21,562 bases of DNA, from the NCBI RefSeq assembly GCF_006345805.1, contig NW_021823706.1:1-21562 (forward strand), written 5' to 3'. This DNA comes from Octopus sinensis. Taxonomy: Eukaryota. Both the position numbers and the translations under genes were made by a program. The notes under the pieces were generated by a model, which was not told the origin of the DNA, ran no database searches, and was given only the letters and a program-made list of their open reading frames with translations. Of this stretch, positions 19,207 to 21,562 are shown piece by piece (positions within the stretch are counted from its first letter, which is position 1; every line of letters begins with the position of its first letter).

Positions 19207-19590
19207 TCTCTCTATATATAAACGGCAGTTTGTCTGTCTGCGTGTCTGTGTGTCTGTTAGGTTGTACCCTCACCCTGACCACGGCTTTCAACCGATTCTG
19301 ATGAAACTTGACACACACATAGCCCAATGTCATAATTCAAAACTAACGCAGCGAAAATTTTGAAAAATTCCCCCAGTTCTGAAAAAAATCGATAAATTCG
19401 ACATGGGGTCGAGAATCAGAAATACAAACCACAGACTGTCTAGGGGACGCAACTCGACCTTTTTAACTCTCAAAAAAAATTTACCATCATTTTTTTCCCA
19501 TTTTTTTGCTATTTTTTGGCTATAACTCTCTAAAAATGCTTTATAGTTATTTCCCTTACAAACCTGAGCAACGCCGGGCGATACTGCTAG
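19207..19590 (+). mobile_element. Non-autonomous Helitron (384 bp), complete
   Basis: 5' TCTCTCTATATATAAA; GTCTGT microsatellite; CCGATTCTGATGAAACTTG core; 3' GCAACGCCGGGCGATACTGCTAG; inserted between A(19206) and T(19591) with no TSD, shown by the opposite palindrome arm. Confidence 0.92.
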
Positions 19591-19927
19591 TATAATATAC
19601 AAATAAATATCTGTAAATATAAACCATCCGATTTTCTGAGTACCTCATTTCTTCTAATATATAATACCTGTACATCATCTCCAAACCTTCCAATATATAT
19701 ATATATATATATTCATGTTTGTTATTTTATAATAATTACTGGTATCCTTATATATTACTATATTTTATATCTTATATGTAGAGCATAATATGTTATATGT
19801 ATGTATATTATTGTAATTATCAGTTTAGTAAATAAATAAATAAGTTAATATAATATAATGTCTAAAAGTTGATGAACCACCTATTGGTCCGCTCCATTTT
19901 CTTATTGCTAAATATATATATATATAT

Positions 19928-20157
19928 ATTTCTTTACTACCCACAAGGGGCTAAACACAGAGGGGACAAACAAGGACAGACAAACGGTTTAAGTCGATTA
20001 CGTCGACCCCAGTGCGTAACTGGTAATTATTTATCGACCCCGAAAGGATGAAAGGCAAAGTCGACCTCGGCGGAATTTGAACTCGGAACGTAACGACAGA
20101 CGAAATACGGCTACGCATTTCGCCCGGCGTGCTAACGTTTCTGCCAGCTCGCCGCCT
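19928..20157 (-). mobile_element. SINE family A, full length, inserted in (TA)n
   Basis: Head AGGCGGCGAGCTGGCAGAAACGTTAGCAC; B-box-like GAGTTCAAATTCC; central GGTCGACTTTGCCTTTCATCCTTTCGGGGTCGATAAA (resembles conserved Deu/Nin-type SINE domains); tail GCCCCTTGTGGGTAGTAAAGAAA. Confidence 0.92.
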
Positions 20158-20228
20158 CTATATATATATATATACATGCACATTTACACAAACACATATA
20201 GATAAATAGAACAATACATACACATTGC

Positions 20229-20560
20229 GGTGACCCCCTTCGGTCAGACACTGACCATAGGTTTGCACCAGAGAGTTACCCTCTGAGGCACAAGTCTGGG
20301 CAAGGTTGTTTTATGGAAGACCAGCAGTCGCCCATGCATACCGGCCTCCCCTCTCCATGTCACCAATGTTGTCCAAGGGTAAGGCAAAGGGAGCGATACA
20401 GCTTGGCACCAGTGACGTCGCAACTCATTTCTACAGCTGAGTGAACAGGAGCAACGTGAAATAAAGTGTCTTGCTCAAGAACACAACACGCAGCCCGGTC
20501 CGGGATTCGAGCTCACAACCTCACGATCGTAAGCTCGACGCTCTAACCACTGAGCCACAC
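20229..20560 (-). mobile_element. SINE family B, full length, different subfamily
   Basis: Homologous to 3291-3626; variant tail GGTCAGTGTCTGACCGAAGGGGGTCACC. Confidence 0.9.
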
Positions 20561-20743
20561 ATACGTATGGATATTTAAACATAGCCGTGTATATACATGT
20601 ATGTGACTGCGTGCGTTTGTATGCAGGCGTGTTTGAGTGGGGGCATGTTTGGGCGGGACGAGGGTTGCGTGTGTGCGTGCGCATGCGTGTTTCTAGTTAC
20701 CAAATATAAACCGTCTTTTACTGGGTATTGTAGTGAATGATGT

Positions 20744-21131
20744 TTGGAAGCACTCCGTCGGTTACGACGACGTGGGTTCCGGTTGATCCGAATCAACGGA
20801 ACAGCCTGCTCGTGAAATTAACGTGTAAGCGGCTGAGCACTCCACAGACACGTGTACCCTTAACGTAGTTCTCGGGGATATTCAGCGTGACACAGAGAGT
20901 GACAAGGCCGGCCCTTTGAAATACAGGTACAACAGAAACTGGAAGTAAGAGTGGGAGAAAGTTGTGGTGAAAGAGTACAGCAGGGATTACCACCATCCCC
21001 TGCCGGAGCCTCGTGGAGCTTTAGGTGTTTTCGCTCAATAAACACTCACAACGCCCGGTCTGGGAATCGAAACTGCGATCCTATGACCGCGAGTCCGCTG
21101 CCCTAACCACTGGGCCATTGCGCCTCCATAC
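20744..21131 (-). mobile_element. SINE family C, full length, 12-bp TSD AGTGAATGATGT
   Basis: tRNA-like head GGAGGCGCAATGGCCCAGTGGTTAGGGC...GTTTCGATTCCCAGACC; TSD at 20732-20743 and 21132-21143. Confidence 0.92.
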
Positions 21132-21269
21132 AGTGAATGATGTAATTTGTTTCTGAAAGACAAAAACCACTGATGTTGTCTACAAAGTGTGTTTCCAGAT
21201 AGGAGAGACGAAACCATTATGGCTTACACCCTGAGGCATTCAATTTCTAAGCCTTTAGCCATATTCCTG

Positions 21270-21562
21270 TTCTGGTAGTGGTGGTGGTGAATGGGTTTAG
21301 TAGTGGCGGAGGAGGAGGAGGTGGTCGTTGAGATGACGGAGGTGGGGGAGGTGGTGGTCGTTGAGATGATGACGGTGGAGGATGTGGGCACCGGTTAACG
21401 ACGATAGAGGTGATGAAGGTGATGATGATGTTTATGACTGATGATGATAATGACGATGTTGGCAATGATGACGACGATGATGATGATGACGAAGGTGATT
21501 ACGATGATGATGACGATGTCGACGATGATAGTGGCGATGACAACGTTGGTGGTGGTGATGGT
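21270..21562. repeat. (GGT/GGA/GAT/GAC)n compound trinucleotide tract
   Basis: Direct sequence. Confidence 0.92.

Larger units (their letters stand above)
18768..19663. repeat. ~245-bp-arm palindrome (PLE-like inverted termini) interrupted by a Helitron
   Basis: Left arm 18768-19015; 16-nt centre; right arm 19032-19206 plus 19591-19663. The arms align contiguously once 19207-19590 is removed. Confidence 0.93.

Noticed and set aside
19296-19312. CTGATGAAAC as a hammerhead core
   Set aside because: No stem II; part of the Helitron CCGATT.TGATGAAA.TT motif

Overview
AT-rich, repeat-saturated animal genomic DNA with no convincing host-gene exon. The SINE families and the extreme microsatellite load resemble an octopus (coleoid cephalopod) genome; this comes from recalled family features, not a database search. 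Contents: about 14 tRNA-derived SINE copies from four families; two 5'-truncated R4/Dong-clade (RLE) LINE remnants; an RTE LINE remnant; an L1/Tx1-like LINE 3' end; a mariner transposase relic and a mini-foldback; Helitron pieces including one clean non-autonomous insertion; and many microsatellites. Nearly all listed ORFs are repeat artefacts. The most notable signal is a cluster of about 10 hammerhead-ribozyme (HHR) motifs from at least five unrelated sequence families. Most sit in Penelope-like-element (PLE) termini or long inverted repeats. They include a complete type I HHR in a 437-bp element bounded by 61-bp inverted repeats, U3:A8 core variants in two large palindromes, and a tandem pair of cores with poor stem I. 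Also notable: two SINE tails match LINE 3' ends present in the same window, and a decayed 39-nt/13-aa repeat array. All alignments and folds were done by eye.
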